Shown one piece after another: positions 31,605-42,343 of a stretch of 55,456 nt of DNA. The notes beneath the pieces are model-generated. The model was not told the DNA's origin. It did not search any database and saw nothing but the letters and a program-made list of their open reading frames with translations. How positions within the stretch are numbered: position 1 is the first letter of the stretch; each line of letters begins with the position of its first letter. The stretch comes from Oculatellaceae cyanobacterium bins.114. GTDB lineage: Bacteria > Cyanobacteriota > Cyanobacteriia > Elainellales > Elainellaceae. Location: the NCBI GenBank assembly GCA_033764315.1, contig JANRJA010000215.1, forward strand, positions 1-55,456. Direction: 5' to 3'. The position numbers were made by a program, and so were the translations under genes.

Positions 31605-33038
31605 GTGAGTCACGGATTTGATTATGATTTAGTGATTGTGGGAGCAGGGGTTGGTGGTCACGGGGCTGCCCTGCATGCGGTCAGTTGTGGACTCAAAACC
31701 GCCATTATTGAAGCTGGCGATATGGGAGGAACCTGTGTCAATCGAGGTTGTATCCCCTCTAAGGCGTTGTTAGCCGCTTCAGGACGAGTACGGGAGTTGC
31801 GTAACGCTGAGCATTTAAGAGCGTTAGGAATTCAGGTCGAGCAGGTCAGTTTTGAGCGACAGGCGATCGCTGACCATGCCAAAAATCTGGTTTCCAAGAT
31901 TCGGGGAGATATGTCTAACAGTCTCAAACGACTGGGAGTGGAGGTTATTTCAGGGCGTGGCAAGCTGGCAGGTGCCCATAAAGTAGCGATCGCCACAGCG
32001 TCAGGTGAAAAGATAGTCACCGCCCAGGATATTATTCTTTCTCCAGGTTCAGTGCCTTTTGTTCCACCCGGCGTTCAACTGGATGGCAAGACTGTTTTTA
32101 CGAGTGATGACGGCTTAAAGCTCGATTGGTTACCTTCTTGGATCGCGATTATTGGTAGTGGCTACATTGGGCTAGAGTTTGCCGATATTTACACGGCTTT
32201 GGGGTGTGAAGTAACGCTGATTGAGGCACTTGATCAGTTGATGCCGGGGTTTGATCCTGACATTGCAAAATTGGCCCAACGCGTGCTGATCGCACCACGA
32301 GATATCGAGACTAAAGTCGGTACTCTAGCCAAGAAGGTAACACCGGGATCGCCTGTCGTGATTGAGTTAGCCGATGCCAAAACCAAAGAAGTTATCGATG
32401 TCTTAGAAGTCGATGCCTGTCTAGTAGCGACAGGTCGGATTCCAGCGACTCAAGAGTTAGGACTAGAGACAGTGGGTCTTGAGACCGATCGCCGGGGTTT
32501 CATCACGGTCAACGATCAAATGTCGATCTTGCTAGATGGGCAACCTGTACCCCATTTATGGGCGATCGGAGATGCAACAGGCAAAATGATGTTGGCACAT
32601 GCCGCCTCTGCTCAAGGGGTCATAGCCGTTGAGAATATTTGTGGCCGCTCTCGCACAGTCGATTATCGCAGCATTCCAGCGGCGGCCTTTACTCACCCTG
32701 AAGTGAGTTTTGTGGGCATGACCGAACCCGCTGCTAAAGAACTGGGTCAGGCAGAAGGGTTTACAGTGGCAACAACCCGCACCTACTTTAAGGGCAACTC
32801 AAAGGCGATCGCCGAGGGTGAAACAGACGGCATGGCCAAGGTGATTTATCGCCAAGATACCGGGGAGGTGCTAGGCGCACACATCATTGGTTTACACGCT
32901 TCTGATTTGATTCAAGAAGCCGCTAATGCGATCGCCCAACGTCGCACCGTTCACGAATTAGCCTTCCTGGTTCACACTCATCCCACCCTCTCAGAAGTGT
33001 TAGATGAGGCCTATAAGCGGGCTTTGACGACTCATTAG
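31605..33038 (+). CDS. lpdA: Dihydrolipoamide dehydrogenase
   Basis: [35 protein letters not shown]. Confidence 0.96.
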   Translation: MSHGFDYDLVIVGAGVGGHGAALHAVSCGLKTAIIEAGDMGGTCVNRGCIPSKALLAASGRVRELRNAEHLRALGIQVEQVSFERQAIADHAKNLVSKIRGDMSNSLKRLGVEVISGRGKLAGAHKVAIATASGEKIVTAQDIILSPGSVPFVPPGVQLDGKTVFTSDDGLKLDWLPSWIAIIGSGYIGLEFADIYTALGCEVTLIEALDQLMPGFDPDIAKLAQRVLIAPRDIETKVGTLAKKVTPGSPVVIELADAKTKEVIDVLEVDACLVATGRIPATQELGLETVGLETDRRGFITVNDQMSILLDGQPVPHLWAIGDATGKMMLAHAASAQGVIAVENICGRSRTVDYRSIPAAAFTHPEVSFVGMTEPAAKELGQAEGFTVATTRTYFKGNSKAIAEGETDGMAKVIYRQDTGEVLGAHIIGLHASDLIQEAANAIAQRRTVHELAFLVHTHPTLSEVLDEAYKRALTTH

Positions 33039-33101
33039 AATGGGCGTTGACAGTTCTCAGAAGTTATCACGGGTCTGTCATCCGTCACCGGGTTCATCGT
33101 T

Positions 33102-33190
33102 TAGGGTTGTAGTTCAATACTTTTTGGTTAACTCCCCCAATATTTGAGGGAGTTAGGGCATCAGAGAACAATCACCCTTGACGATACACC
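33102..33190. repeat. Degenerate MITE/SDR with internal hairpin
   Basis: TAACTCCC...GGGAGTTA hairpin inside weak TIR-like ends. Confidence 0.4.
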
Positions 33191-33284
33191 GCCCCCAGTC
33201 ATGGATCGCTGATCCATGACAAATAACCAATCACGCTGTAACCTATCCCCCAGTCCATTCATCTCTTTAAGTCTTTCAAGATTG

Positions 33285-34169
33285 ATGCAAATTCGTCGTC
33301 GTCCACCCAATCCGGCTGTTGCTGTCGAAAGCCTGCGTTATCAGGTTCCAGTCCCTGATGCGGCTCCTCAAAACATTTTGGAGGAGATCGTTTGGCATAA
33401 AGAAGTAGAAGTTGAACAAATGCGTGAGCGAACTCCATTGCAGGAGTTACAGCATGTTGTGAAAACGATGGCACCGCCGCGAAATTTCGGTGCTGCCTTA
33501 GAGCAAGCGCATCTGCAACCCGCTCTGATTGCCGAAGTTAAAAAAGCGTCTCCTAGCAAAGGCGTCATTCGAGCTGATTTTGACCCAGTAGCGATCGCCC
33601 AGGCTTATGAATCGGCTGGCGCAGCTTGTATCTCTGTACTAACTGACCAAAAATTCTTTCAAGGAAATTTTACCTATCTGCGGCAAATTCGTGAAATTGT
33701 TGATCTACCGTTACTCTGCAAGGATTTCATCATCTATCCTTACCAAATCTACATGGCAAGAGTAAACGGGGCCGATGCTGTTTTATTGATCGCCGCCATT
33801 CTGTCAGATAAGGACTTGCAATACTTTCTCAAAATTGCCACAGCTTTGGGGATGACTGCCTTGATCGAAGTGCATACCCTGGAAGAATTAGATCGGGTGC
33901 TGACGCTAGAAAACGTCACCTTAGTGGGGATCAACAACCGCAATCTGGAAACCTTTGCAGTTGATTTAGACACGACTAGCCAATTGTTAGCAAAACGGAT
34001 CGACACCCTTCAAGAACGCAACATTGCTATAGTGAGCGAGTCTGGATTGCACCACTTTGAGGATTTACAACGAGTTCAGCAGGCTGGGGCTAATGCTGTG
34101 TTAATTGGGGAATCATTAGTGAAACAACCTGACCCAGCGGCGGCGATCGCCACACTCTTTGCTCAATAG
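33285..34169 (+). CDS. trpC: Indole-3-glycerol phosphate synthase
   Basis: [36 protein letters not shown]. Confidence 0.96.
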   Translation: MQIRRRPPNPAVAVESLRYQVPVPDAAPQNILEEIVWHKEVEVEQMRERTPLQELQHVVKTMAPPRNFGAALEQAHLQPALIAEVKKASPSKGVIRADFDPVAIAQAYESAGAACISVLTDQKFFQGNFTYLRQIREIVDLPLLCKDFIIYPYQIYMARVNGADAVLLIAAILSDKDLQYFLKIATALGMTALIEVHTLEELDRVLTLENVTLVGINNRNLETFAVDLDTTSQLLAKRIDTLQERNIAIVSESGLHHFEDLQRVQQAGANAVLIGESLVKQPDPAAAIATLFAQ

Positions 34170-34237
34170 AGCCAAGTTAACCCATTTCTAATTCGTAATT
34201 TCAACCTTTCTTACCGTTAACCCAACTCAAAAAACAG

Positions 34238-34492
34238 ATGGAGCCAATTCCCCTCCCGTCTCACATTCATTACGAGTTACTGTTACAACTGTTAGAACGG
34301 CAAACCATGCACGCTTTGACCCATCAGTCTCCTATTCATGAGCAGGTGCATGATTTGATTGTTACCCTGCGCAAGGCATTGAGTCAGCAAAAGCAACTAG
34401 AGGAAAGTTGCCAGCGAGCAAAATTACCGGTTGAATATTTGTGGTCATTGAATAGCGTCAATACTGAAATACCTCCCAAGGTTCAAACTTAG
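34238..34492 (+). CDS. Conserved cyanobacterial protein (DUF5340-like)
   Basis: PLPSHIHYELLLQLLERQT N-terminus, downstream of trpC. Confidence 0.75.
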   Translation: MEPIPLPSHIHYELLLQLLERQTMHALTHQSPIHEQVHDLIVTLRKALSQQKQLEESCQRAKLPVEYLWSLNSVNTEIPPKVQT

Positions 34493-34712
34493 AGGGTGCA
34501 GGATTCAGCAGTTTTGAGTTTTGGTGACTTTGGTTACTTAAGTTTTGGTGACTTTAAGTCGTGATAACAAGAGAATGGTCAATTCAGGGGATCAGCAATC
34601 TTAATCTATTTAGCGAGACAGTCGATTGAGGAAATCGATCTTGTAGACTGGATTCAATGGTTGTTCGCTGGGTTCATCGGTTCAAAAGAGCCTGTTTCAG
34701 GGGAGGTTTTGC

Positions 34713-35918
34713 ATGTCACAATCCGACATCCCTCATGGTCTCTGTTCAACCGACGAACAGCCCCCTTCAGGTGCAGTCGATGTCGCTATTGCTCCTGATA
34801 GTGCGCTGGAAGCTGATCGGCTATCAGCAGAATTAAATTCTCTCGCCATAGAATTAGAGTCCACAGCGGCGGCGACGACGCAAGACTCGGCAACTCGCAT
34901 TTGCGATTTAGAGAACGCCCTAGATCAAGCAATGGCATGTTTAGCCGATTTCAAAGGACGCATCCAAAATCAAGATTTTTTAGAAGCCCAACTGGCCAAA
35001 ACAGAAGAGTTTGCTTCGGTGCAACATCAGGCGATCGCTTGTTTAAAGCAACGATTGCACTATTTTGAGCAGAGCCTGAGAGTCCGAGACCAAGTGCTTT
35101 TAGCCATCGTTGGGCTGGCTAGTTTTGCGTTGTTGCAGCAGGTGACGTCAAACGAGCGTAACTTGGAGGTGTTAGCGACTCCAGAGTTGCCCAAACAACT
35201 CTCTTTACCACTCGATCTCACCTCCTCAGCCGATGCCCCTGCGGATGCCCAAGACCAACTGGCGATCGCCCATCAACATATCAGCCATCTCACCAGCCAC
35301 ATTACCCGCTTGGAAATAGAGCTAAAACAGGCAGCAACTTACCTCGAAGAAAGGCAAGTGCTAGAACTGACATTGCGGCAGACCAAGACCCTGGCAACCG
35401 AACGAGACACCGCGATCGCCGCATTGCGGAAGGAACTAGCGATCGCCCAGATCAAAGTTGAAGAGCTTGAAACCGAACTCGTAAAGCAACACAAACTCCA
35501 GGCAAAGTGGCAGCAAACCCATCAAGAGTTGGAGCAAGAGCGCGATCGCCATTTGACTCGCATTGCAGACTTAGAACGAGACGTCGCTGAAATGCAAGAG
35601 CAGATCTTTCAACAAGCTCGACAAGCCAGTGAATATGAAACCGCCGTCCAGCATTGGAAAGATCGCTATTTATCGCACCAACGCCACCTGGCTCACTTGA
35701 GTCATCTGCTAGAACAAGCCATACCCCATTCACTATCAGACAGCGAAACAAGTATTCCTGTTACTCCTATATTGGTGGAGCTATTCACCTTACTCCAAGA
35801 AGTGGGCAACGACCCAACATCCGATCCAGAACTGCTGTCAGCCGTGCCCTCACCCCGTTTTAACAAGCTTGACTTACCAGAATTCTTAATGCGTCGGCGC
35901 AATTTTAGGACGAGGTAA
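34713..35918 (+). CDS. Long coiled-coil hypothetical protein
   Basis: GGAGG RBS, extensive heptad repeats, C-terminal LDLPEFL. Confidence 0.8.
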   Translation: MSQSDIPHGLCSTDEQPPSGAVDVAIAPDSALEADRLSAELNSLAIELESTAAATTQDSATRICDLENALDQAMACLADFKGRIQNQDFLEAQLAKTEEFASVQHQAIACLKQRLHYFEQSLRVRDQVLLAIVGLASFALLQQVTSNERNLEVLATPELPKQLSLPLDLTSSADAPADAQDQLAIAHQHISHLTSHITRLEIELKQAATYLEERQVLELTLRQTKTLATERDTAIAALRKELAIAQIKVEELETELVKQHKLQAKWQQTHQELEQERDRHLTRIADLERDVAEMQEQIFQQARQASEYETAVQHWKDRYLSHQRHLAHLSHLLEQAIPHSLSDSETSIPVTPILVELFTLLQEVGNDPTSDPELLSAVPSPRFNKLDLPEFLMRRRNFRTR

Positions 35919-36084
35919 AGGGGAAAGAGGGCTGGGGTCATGAGCCAACTGTTAACCTAAAACTAGTCAACGACCAGTGAGACTCGTGAAGCTACTCCCA
36001 TTTGGAGGTTTGAAGAAGCTCAGCCGAGTTGTCGAGCCGCTAACGCCCCGGTTCAAAGTCAATTCCCTATCTTCTTTATCTCCA

Positions 36085-37404
36085 TTACCGTCCTAACCGA
36101 TTGGGAATACCTTCACATCCACCTGGAATCGTTGCTCTCGTCTTAGACCCACCCCAGGCACAGCAGTAATAGCGTTGCTCGTCAGAGAAGCGTTGTACAT
36201 CTGTGAAATCGGCATTTTCAATCACTGCCCCTGTATGAGCCCCTGTCTCATAGTCAGGGATCTCAGTCCGACTGCGGGGAGTGGCAGTTTCTACAGAACC
36301 GTAGAATAGATAAGCCCCCATCAAGTCAGCTTGAGTGAAATTGGCATCGACTAAAACGGTGCGAGAGAGATTAGTTTTGACCAGGCTACAACCGCTTAGA
36401 TTAGCGCGAATTAAGTTTGCTTCACTCAAATCAGTCCAACGGAGGTCGGTGCCAGCCAAATTTGCTTCAGCTAACATGACACCCAAATCAATGACGCGCA
36501 CGCCATAATCTCGGTCTTCCTGATAGCCCCCTGAGCCATCTAGAATGGCACGACCCAGCAAGCGATCGCGCTTGAGTGGGGTCAACAGCCGAGACCGGGA
36601 GAGAAACCGAATCACCTTAGCTTTGCCAGGAGCATCAATACTACTGAGAATGGCGGCTGTGCGTCCTTCTGCGATCGCTCGCTCTTGCGGCCAGTCTTCG
36701 AGCAGACCCTCTGCATCTAGCACCAACTCAGAGATGCCCTGAAAGTAGGAATCAATCGTTTGTTGCTGGGTAATCAGATTTTGTTGAATGGTGAGATCTT
36801 TGGAAATAATGTATTGTCGCCACGCAATGTAAACCGCTAAAACGGCAATCAAAATTTGACCCACCGCACCTACCACTTCACCCGTTGCCCCGACTGCATC
36901 CCAATTTAGACCGCTATACCAGCGACCCAACCCGGCTCCAAGAGAGGTAAAGCGAAAGATGCAGATAATTCCTACGAGGAGTCCTATTAAGGCAATTAGG
37001 ACTTGCTGCTCAGTCACTAATTCAATAATGACGACTTGCAGGGTACGCCCCAAAATTCGCAGGGATATCAGGGTGGCCACAACTGTGCCTGCAATGCTTA
37101 ACCACAAGCTATTGACAAGCAACCCCACCACCATGACTCCGATAGCCACAACCACAATTGATGCAGCCGAGGGTGGAGTTATTTTTTGGGGAGATGAAAG
37201 ATTAGCAGACTTAGGGGCGATCGCTGACCCTCCACTGGGTCGAGTGGCGTCGGCATAAGACTGACCGGAAGCCAGATCAGCATGACCGTTTAAGCGATCG
37301 CCCTGAACATTGACCGATTTGGCTGGCAGCGATGTTTCAGGAGTGGTACTCGCTTTAGCTTGACTGGATAAATTAGATTCAGATGAATTTGGCACGGGTG
37401 TCAT
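36085..37404 (-). CDS. Membrane protein with pentapeptide repeats
   Basis: Several TM helices followed by ANLAG/TDLRW/ANLSG pentapeptides. Confidence 0.88.
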   Translation of the reverse strand: MTPVPNSSESNLSSQAKASTTPETSLPAKSVNVQGDRLNGHADLASGQSYADATRPSGGSAIAPKSANLSSPQKITPPSAASIVVVAIGVMVVGLLVNSLWLSIAGTVVATLISLRILGRTLQVVIIELVTEQQVLIALIGLLVGIICIFRFTSLGAGLGRWYSGLNWDAVGATGEVVGAVGQILIAVLAVYIAWRQYIISKDLTIQQNLITQQQTIDSYFQGISELVLDAEGLLEDWPQERAIAEGRTAAILSSIDAPGKAKVIRFLSRSRLLTPLKRDRLLGRAILDGSGGYQEDRDYGVRVIDLGVMLAEANLAGTDLRWTDLSEANLIRANLSGCSLVKTNLSRTVLVDANFTQADLMGAYLFYGSVETATPRSRTEIPDYETGAHTGAVIENADFTDVQRFSDEQRYYCCAWGGSKTRATIPGGCEGIPNRLGR

Positions 37405-37491
37405 AGGCAATGGGTCAGGTTCTCATCAACCCCTGCCTCTAGGATAAGCCTGACACTTTCTTCCTAATCAAATAAAACCCAAAAGAAAGTT

Positions 37492-37519
37492 AAAAAGGGC
37501 GGATATGACTCGCCCTTTC
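37492..37519 (-). terminator. Terminator after the 73-aa ORF
   Basis: AAAGGGCG-GATATGACT-CGCCCTTT with an adjacent A tract (U tract on the minus strand). Confidence 0.55.
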
Positions 37520-37592
37520 GATTATCAATGTGAATTGGAAGAACCAGAAAGCAAAATTCTGTTACAAAAAATACAAATCTGCGTTATTTGAG

Positions 37593-37814
37593 CTACAAAG
37601 AGGGACAATCTAATTGAGGCAAGGGCAAAACTTCAGAGGTGCCACAGGCTTCTCGTCTTACCAACCCTTGATGTAAAGCATCGTACAAACGTTCGATCGC
37701 CGTCATATCAGTAGATTGGAAGCTCCGCATGGCGATTACTTGGCGAAGCAGACCCTCTGATTCAACGCTGAGCCAGCCTGTTTGCAGTGCTGATTGTACA
37801 AGTGTGTCAATCAT
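37593..37814 (-). CDS. Small hypothetical protein
   Basis: 73 aa: LVQSALQTGWLSVESE...LYDALHQGLV. Confidence 0.7.
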   Translation of the reverse strand: MIDTLVQSALQTGWLSVESEGLLRQVIAMRSFQSTDMTAIERLYDALHQGLVRREACGTSEVLPLPQLDCPSL

Positions 37815-37934
37815 AGGAAAGGATACATCCTTGCCAACTGATAATGCTTTTTTACTTCTATAACTATCGATGATTCTTCCTCGTTTTAGGTTGATTGAGA
37901 TCGGTATGCTGTTGTGATATTCATTGCCTTTGAT

Positions 37935-37950
37935 TGTGATTTAAATCACT
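37935..37950. promoter_or_regulatory. CRP (SYCRP1)-like binding site
   Basis: TGTGA-TTTAAA-TCACT versus consensus TGTGA-N6-TCACA, located in a divergent promoter region. Confidence 0.5.
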
Positions 37951-38074
37951 GACAAAAACTTTTTTTAGATATTCCTTGAGGAAGTAAGCCAGAACGGCGT
38001 ATTAAAAGTTACGATTCCATTGACACGGTTGGTGGTGGGAGGTTATGGAATGATGACCTTGAGGAGTAAGCTAC

Positions 38075-40138
38075 ATGGTTGTTGATTTAAAGCGTGTGAA
38101 ACCCTCTGTAGTATCAATTGAGAGTTTATATCAACCGTCTGTGATGCAATTAGCACGGGCGGGAGATTTTAGGGCGATCGCCTATTGGATTAATGCTTAT
38201 CTCGTCCCTCAAGGCATTTATGTCTGTGTTGCGGCGGCTTCACGACCGGGATATTTATTGATTCTGGTCGAGTTTCAACACCCTCCTGAGCGCGAACGGC
38301 TAGTGCGCTTTATTTGTCACCGATTGTGCAAGCTCAAGTCTGAGATTATTTTGGGAGCTCAAATTGTGGCTTGCTATGCAGGTGGCTCTCAAATTCTATG
38401 GCAGCAATCTGTTCGACTGCTCTCCTCCAGCAAAAATCGGCGTTCTCGTCCACGATCAATTGCGGTGCGGCGAGTTGAGCCAACCCTGCCTACTTTAGAC
38501 CTGGTCAAGACAGCTCAAACTTTACATGAGCAAATTAGTCAACTGAGACTAAGAGAGCAACTCAACCATCCGCGATCGCGTCTGTTGATCAAGTCAGCTG
38601 CTGCGGCATTTCTGATCGGGTGTGGGGTCGAAGCGATCAATTCAACCCTGCAACCTCAACAAACCGTGGCGTCTGGTGATCTTAACCGCCCTGCCGTGGT
38701 CGAAACAGCCCTTGAAAAGGTGCCTGTCACTCAATTTGAGGGAGATGGCTCGGAGTCACCAACTGTTACCCTTGCCTTTAGCAATGAGGGGGCGTTGGGT
38801 GCTATTCGACCTCAAGCCCCCGGTTCAGGGGGCGCAACTCAGAGTCGAATTCCTCAAGCAGATGTGACTCTGGCTTACTTAAACACGGTTCCAACCACCA
38901 ATATTGCTGCGCCCGCTGCGACTACTACAACGACCCCATCGAGTGCGATTCAAGCATTACAGGCAGATGGCGTAGATGTGGTTAATCTAGCCGATAATGC
39001 GTTGCTTGAGAAGGATGCGTCTGAGTTAACTCAAACAATCGAGACCTTAGAGCAAGCAGGCATTCACTCTCTGGGGGCAGGCCGCAATCAGCAAGAAGCT
39101 CGTCGCCCCGAAATCATAGATGTGAGGGGACAGCGCATTGCTTATCTGGGCTATTCTGACTCTGACCAACATGCCGCAGGTGCTTGGAATGCAGGCATTA
39201 ATCCGGGGTTGAGTGAGCAAGTAAGTGCAGATATTCACGCTATTCGCGATCAAGTGGATTGGGTAGTAGTCAATTACCACTGGAATCAAGATTTGACGGA
39301 ACAGCCTGCCGATTGGCAAATAAACCTGGCACATACCGCAATTGATCAGGGAGCCGATTTGGTGGTGGGGCATCATCCTGATGTGTTGCAAGGGGCTGAA
39401 ATCTATAAAGGACGGGCGATCGCCTACTCTCTAGGCAATTTCATCTTTCCAAATAGTAATACCTCTGCCTCTCAAGCCGATTACGATACAGCGGTGTTGA
39501 AGGTGTCACTGCGTCCAGAGCAAATGCGTCTAGAGTTTTTGCCGGTTCAAGTGACTCAAAACAAACCTCAAGTGGCGAGTGGTGAAAAAGCAGAGGAGAT
39601 TTTGCAGCGCATTCGCAAAGCCTCGGCTCAGTTTAAGCGACCACTAGAGTTTCCGGTAACGCTTGATGCTCAATCCTCTCAGCCCTCTGGCGCGGCTCCC
39701 CTACCAGCCAGCCAGCAGCCTGTTAATACCCAACCTCCAGCCAGTGGTCAACCCAGCTTGCTAGAGTCTTCTCCATCAGAGTCGCCCCTTGTAAAACCGT
39801 CTTCTGAAGAACCGTCTTTGGTTGAAGGTGCAACTCCGATCAGCGCGCCGACCCATGAAGGCACCCCTGCTCCAGATAATTCCTTCATTACCTACCCCGA
39901 TGGGTCAAATCAGACCCCCATTGGCAATGAAGCGATTCCGAAACCCACCGATCCACTCAAGGAAAACGCTGGGTTTACCAACCATGCTCCTCCAGTGGTA
40001 GATGCAATTCCAGAGACGGCAGAAATCGACGTGTTGCCAGAGCCAGAAAACGAAGAGATCGTCTTCCCCGATGAAATCGATCCGTTGGCTGAGCCGATTG
40101 ATCCTGAATTAGAACCGTTACCAGGTGATGGATTCTAG
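38075..40138 (+). CDS. CapA/PGA_cap-family protein (degenerate metallophosphoesterase fold) with N-terminal domain and Pro-rich tail
   Basis: DVVNLA.N, VVVNYHW, GADLVVGHHP.V.QG.EIYKG, YSLGNFIF. Confidence 0.85.
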   Translation: MVVDLKRVKPSVVSIESLYQPSVMQLARAGDFRAIAYWINAYLVPQGIYVCVAAASRPGYLLILVEFQHPPERERLVRFICHRLCKLKSEIILGAQIVACYAGGSQILWQQSVRLLSSSKNRRSRPRSIAVRRVEPTLPTLDLVKTAQTLHEQISQLRLREQLNHPRSRLLIKSAAAAFLIGCGVEAINSTLQPQQTVASGDLNRPAVVETALEKVPVTQFEGDGSESPTVTLAFSNEGALGAIRPQAPGSGGATQSRIPQADVTLAYLNTVPTTNIAAPAATTTTTPSSAIQALQADGVDVVNLADNALLEKDASELTQTIETLEQAGIHSLGAGRNQQEARRPEIIDVRGQRIAYLGYSDSDQHAAGAWNAGINPGLSEQVSADIHAIRDQVDWVVVNYHWNQDLTEQPADWQINLAHTAIDQGADLVVGHHPDVLQGAEIYKGRAIAYSLGNFIFPNSNTSASQADYDTAVLKVSLRPEQMRLEFLPVQVTQNKPQVASGEKAEEILQRIRKASAQFKRPLEFPVTLDAQSSQPSGAAPLPASQQPVNTQPPASGQPSLLESSPSESPLVKPSSEEPSLVEGATPISAPTHEGTPAPDNSFITYPDGSNQTPIGNEAIPKPTDPLKENAGFTNHAPPVVDAIPETAEIDVLPEPENEEIVFPDEIDPLAEPIDPELEPLPGDGF

Positions 40139-40146
40139 ATTGTGTA

Positions 40147-40220
40147 AATTAGGGTGGGCAATGCTCACCCTAATTTTTGTTGTACTAATTTTTGTTGTAC
40201 TAAGTTGTCGTACTAAATTG
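40147..40220 (+). repeat. REP-like hairpin/terminator followed by a 15-bp tandem repeat
   Basis: AATTAGGGTGGGCA-A-TGCTCACCCTAATT, then CTAATTTTTGTTGTA twice plus decayed copies. Confidence 0.6.
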
Positions 40221-40234
40221 TCTCAGAGGTCATT

Positions 40235-41104
40235 ATGTTTGCGATCGCCATTCAGCAAGAGCAGTACAAAACCTACTTTCTCTCAGATCAAGCCGCCCAA
40301 TCTCAGATCGAAGTCGTACCAGAACGGGGTGGCATTGTGACTCGCTGGCAGTTCCAAGGACACGATATTTTTTACTTAGACGAAGCTCGGTTTACAAACC
40401 CTGAACTCACCGTACGAGGTGGCATTCCCATCTTATTTCCTATCTGTGGCAATTTGCCCGATAACACTTACACTCACAAAGGACAGGTCTACACCCTAAA
40501 ACAGCACGGATTTGCCCGTGAAATGCCCTGGGAAGTGGTTGATCAAGGCACCGAGGATAGTGCTAGCCTATCCTTGCAATTGACCAGCAACGAACAGACT
40601 CGTGCGGTTTATCCGTTTGATTTTCAAGTGGTGTTTACTTACAAATTGCATGGCAACTCGTTGGAACTCCATCAACGGTTTACCAACCACTCATCTGACC
40701 CCATGCCTTTTTCAACAGGGTTGCATCCTTATTTCGCAGTTGCTGATAAATCTCAACTCCAGCTTGATATTCCCGGTACTGAGTTCTTTAATCAGCAAAC
40801 TCAGAGCATCGAAACCTATTCAGGTCAGTTTGACTTTGAGCAAGACGAGATTGACGCCGCTTTTCGCAATGTGACTCGCCAGACAGCCACTGCAACGGAT
40901 GTGAATGCTAAATTCCGTCTTACCTTAGACTATGATGCGCTATATTCTACGGTGGTCTTTTGGACAGTCAAGGGCAAAGATTTTTACTGTCTTGAGCCGT
41001 GGACTGCTCCTCGCAATGCACTGAATACAGGGGATCATTTGACTCATCTAGACCCAGGAGCAACATTAGAGGCGATCGTTAAATTCTCGATTGATTTTCT
41101 CTAA
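40235..41104 (+). CDS. Aldose 1-epimerase family protein
   Basis: RGGIPILFPICG, QHGFAR, GLHPYF, CLEPW. Confidence 0.92.
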   Translation: MFAIAIQQEQYKTYFLSDQAAQSQIEVVPERGGIVTRWQFQGHDIFYLDEARFTNPELTVRGGIPILFPICGNLPDNTYTHKGQVYTLKQHGFAREMPWEVVDQGTEDSASLSLQLTSNEQTRAVYPFDFQVVFTYKLHGNSLELHQRFTNHSSDPMPFSTGLHPYFAVADKSQLQLDIPGTEFFNQQTQSIETYSGQFDFEQDEIDAAFRNVTRQTATATDVNAKFRLTLDYDALYSTVVFWTVKGKDFYCLEPWTAPRNALNTGDHLTHLDPGATLEAIVKFSIDFL

Positions 41105-41193
41105 AAAACTTTGAAAATTTGGTGCAAAGGAACTGTATGATGTGATACGTTGGTAATTGGCGCATTTTTGAGCCAGATTACCTTCCCTAGTCA

Positions 41194-41265
41194 GGGTCGC
41201 TAACTCAACGGTAGAGTACTCGGCTTTTAACCGATTAGTTCTGGGTTCGAATCCCAGGCGACCCA
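41194..41265 (+). tRNA. trnK: tRNA-Lys(TTT)
   Basis: GGGTCGCTAACTCAACGGTAGAGTA...CT-TTT-AA...GGTTCGAATCC...GCGACCCA. Confidence 0.95.
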
Positions 41266-41313
41266 TAAATTTCGAGCCTTACCCTCTCAACAACCCCAAT
41301 TTAGGATTTCATC

Positions 41314-41541
41314 ATGTGGCGGGTCATCATTCAATGTTCTGCTGAAGGTTGGCGTAAGCACGCTACCACGTTTAATGCGATCGCCTCTAAATATTCGGGT
41401 ACCCCGATCTCATCCAAAAAAATGAAAGACGATGAGCGACGGATTATGGAATATCAGATTGACAGTGTCAGTGACGCAGAAGATTTTGTCGCAGATTGCT
41501 TGACTCTAGAAAACTTCACCGCAACCTTTGAGGCACTTTAA
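41314..41541 (+). CDS. Small hypothetical protein
   Basis: 75 aa with AGGA upstream; alpha/beta pattern. Confidence 0.65.
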   Translation: MWRVIIQCSAEGWRKHATTFNAIASKYSGTPISSKKMKDDERRIMEYQIDSVSDAEDFVADCLTLENFTATFEAL

Positions 41542-41598
41542 CCACGTCTCTAACGTTAGACTATGTCACGATAGAGATACCTTACTCCGATCAGGCTT

Positions 41599-42159
41599 AT
41601 GGCTCTCACAGCAAAAGATTTAGAGCGGTTGCAAGCCCATTTGCCCGACTACCCCACGGAGTTGATTGGGGGAGAGATTATTGTCATGAGTCCATCGGGG
41701 TTAGAGTCTGACGAAATTGCGATTGAGATTTGTGCTCAGTTACGAAATTGGGTAAAACCTCGCAGGCTGGGGCGAGTCCTGGGTTCTAGTGCGGGCTTTG
41801 TTTTGCCCAATACCGACGAAGACGTACGAGCACCTGATGCCTCTTTCATTCGAGCCGAGCGGATGCCTCAACCCACAGAGAGCTATGCTCAACTGGTTCC
41901 CGATCTAGTATTTGAGGTGAAATCCAAAACAGATTCCCTGGAAAAGCTCCGGCAAAAGATTCAGGAGTTTATTCGGCTAGGGGCACAGGTTGGGGTGCTG
42001 GTTGATCCGAGAACTCAAACGATGGAAGTATACCGTCTTGGCGTTGAACGAGTGGAGGATGCTCAGATTTTGCGAAACGGCGAGTTTTTAACCGTACCAG
42101 AGCTATTACCCGGATGGGAGTTGTCTGTCTCTGAGGTATGGGCACCCGTATTTGAGTAA
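41599..42159 (+). CDS. Uma2-family (PD-(D/E)xK-like) endonuclease-domain protein
   Basis: ELIGGEIIVMSP, RAPDASF, PDLVFEVKS, LVDP, LLPGWEL. Confidence 0.92.
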   Translation: MALTAKDLERLQAHLPDYPTELIGGEIIVMSPSGLESDEIAIEICAQLRNWVKPRRLGRVLGSSAGFVLPNTDEDVRAPDASFIRAERMPQPTESYAQLVPDLVFEVKSKTDSLEKLRQKIQEFIRLGAQVGVLVDPRTQTMEVYRLGVERVEDAQILRNGEFLTVPELLPGWELSVSEVWAPVFE

Positions 42160-42343
42160 GCATTGTCGTAAAAATAAAAAAATGTAGGCAAAGTACCCAT
42201 AAGCATTTATACTTAACAATTAATTAAGTGGTTGAAATTGATAGATACAATTCACTGCGGAGCAGAAAGTATCTTAAGATTGTCGTAAGAATTGTCTGTC
42301 TTAAGCCGAAATTAGCTGATCACACCAATTAGGAGGAATCCCT

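Noticed and set aside
40170..40220. Tandem 15-bp repeat as a mini-CRISPR or iteron
   Set aside because: No spacers and it decays quickly; looks like slippage next to a terminator.
41194..42159. tRNA-Lys as an integration site of an island (small ORF plus Uma2)
   Set aside because: No integrase and no duplicated tRNA 3' end seen; HIP1 is present; Uma2 genes are commonly scattered in cyanobacterial genomes.
42184..42195. NtcA site upstream of fbaA
   Set aside because: Spacing is GTA-N7-TAC rather than N8.
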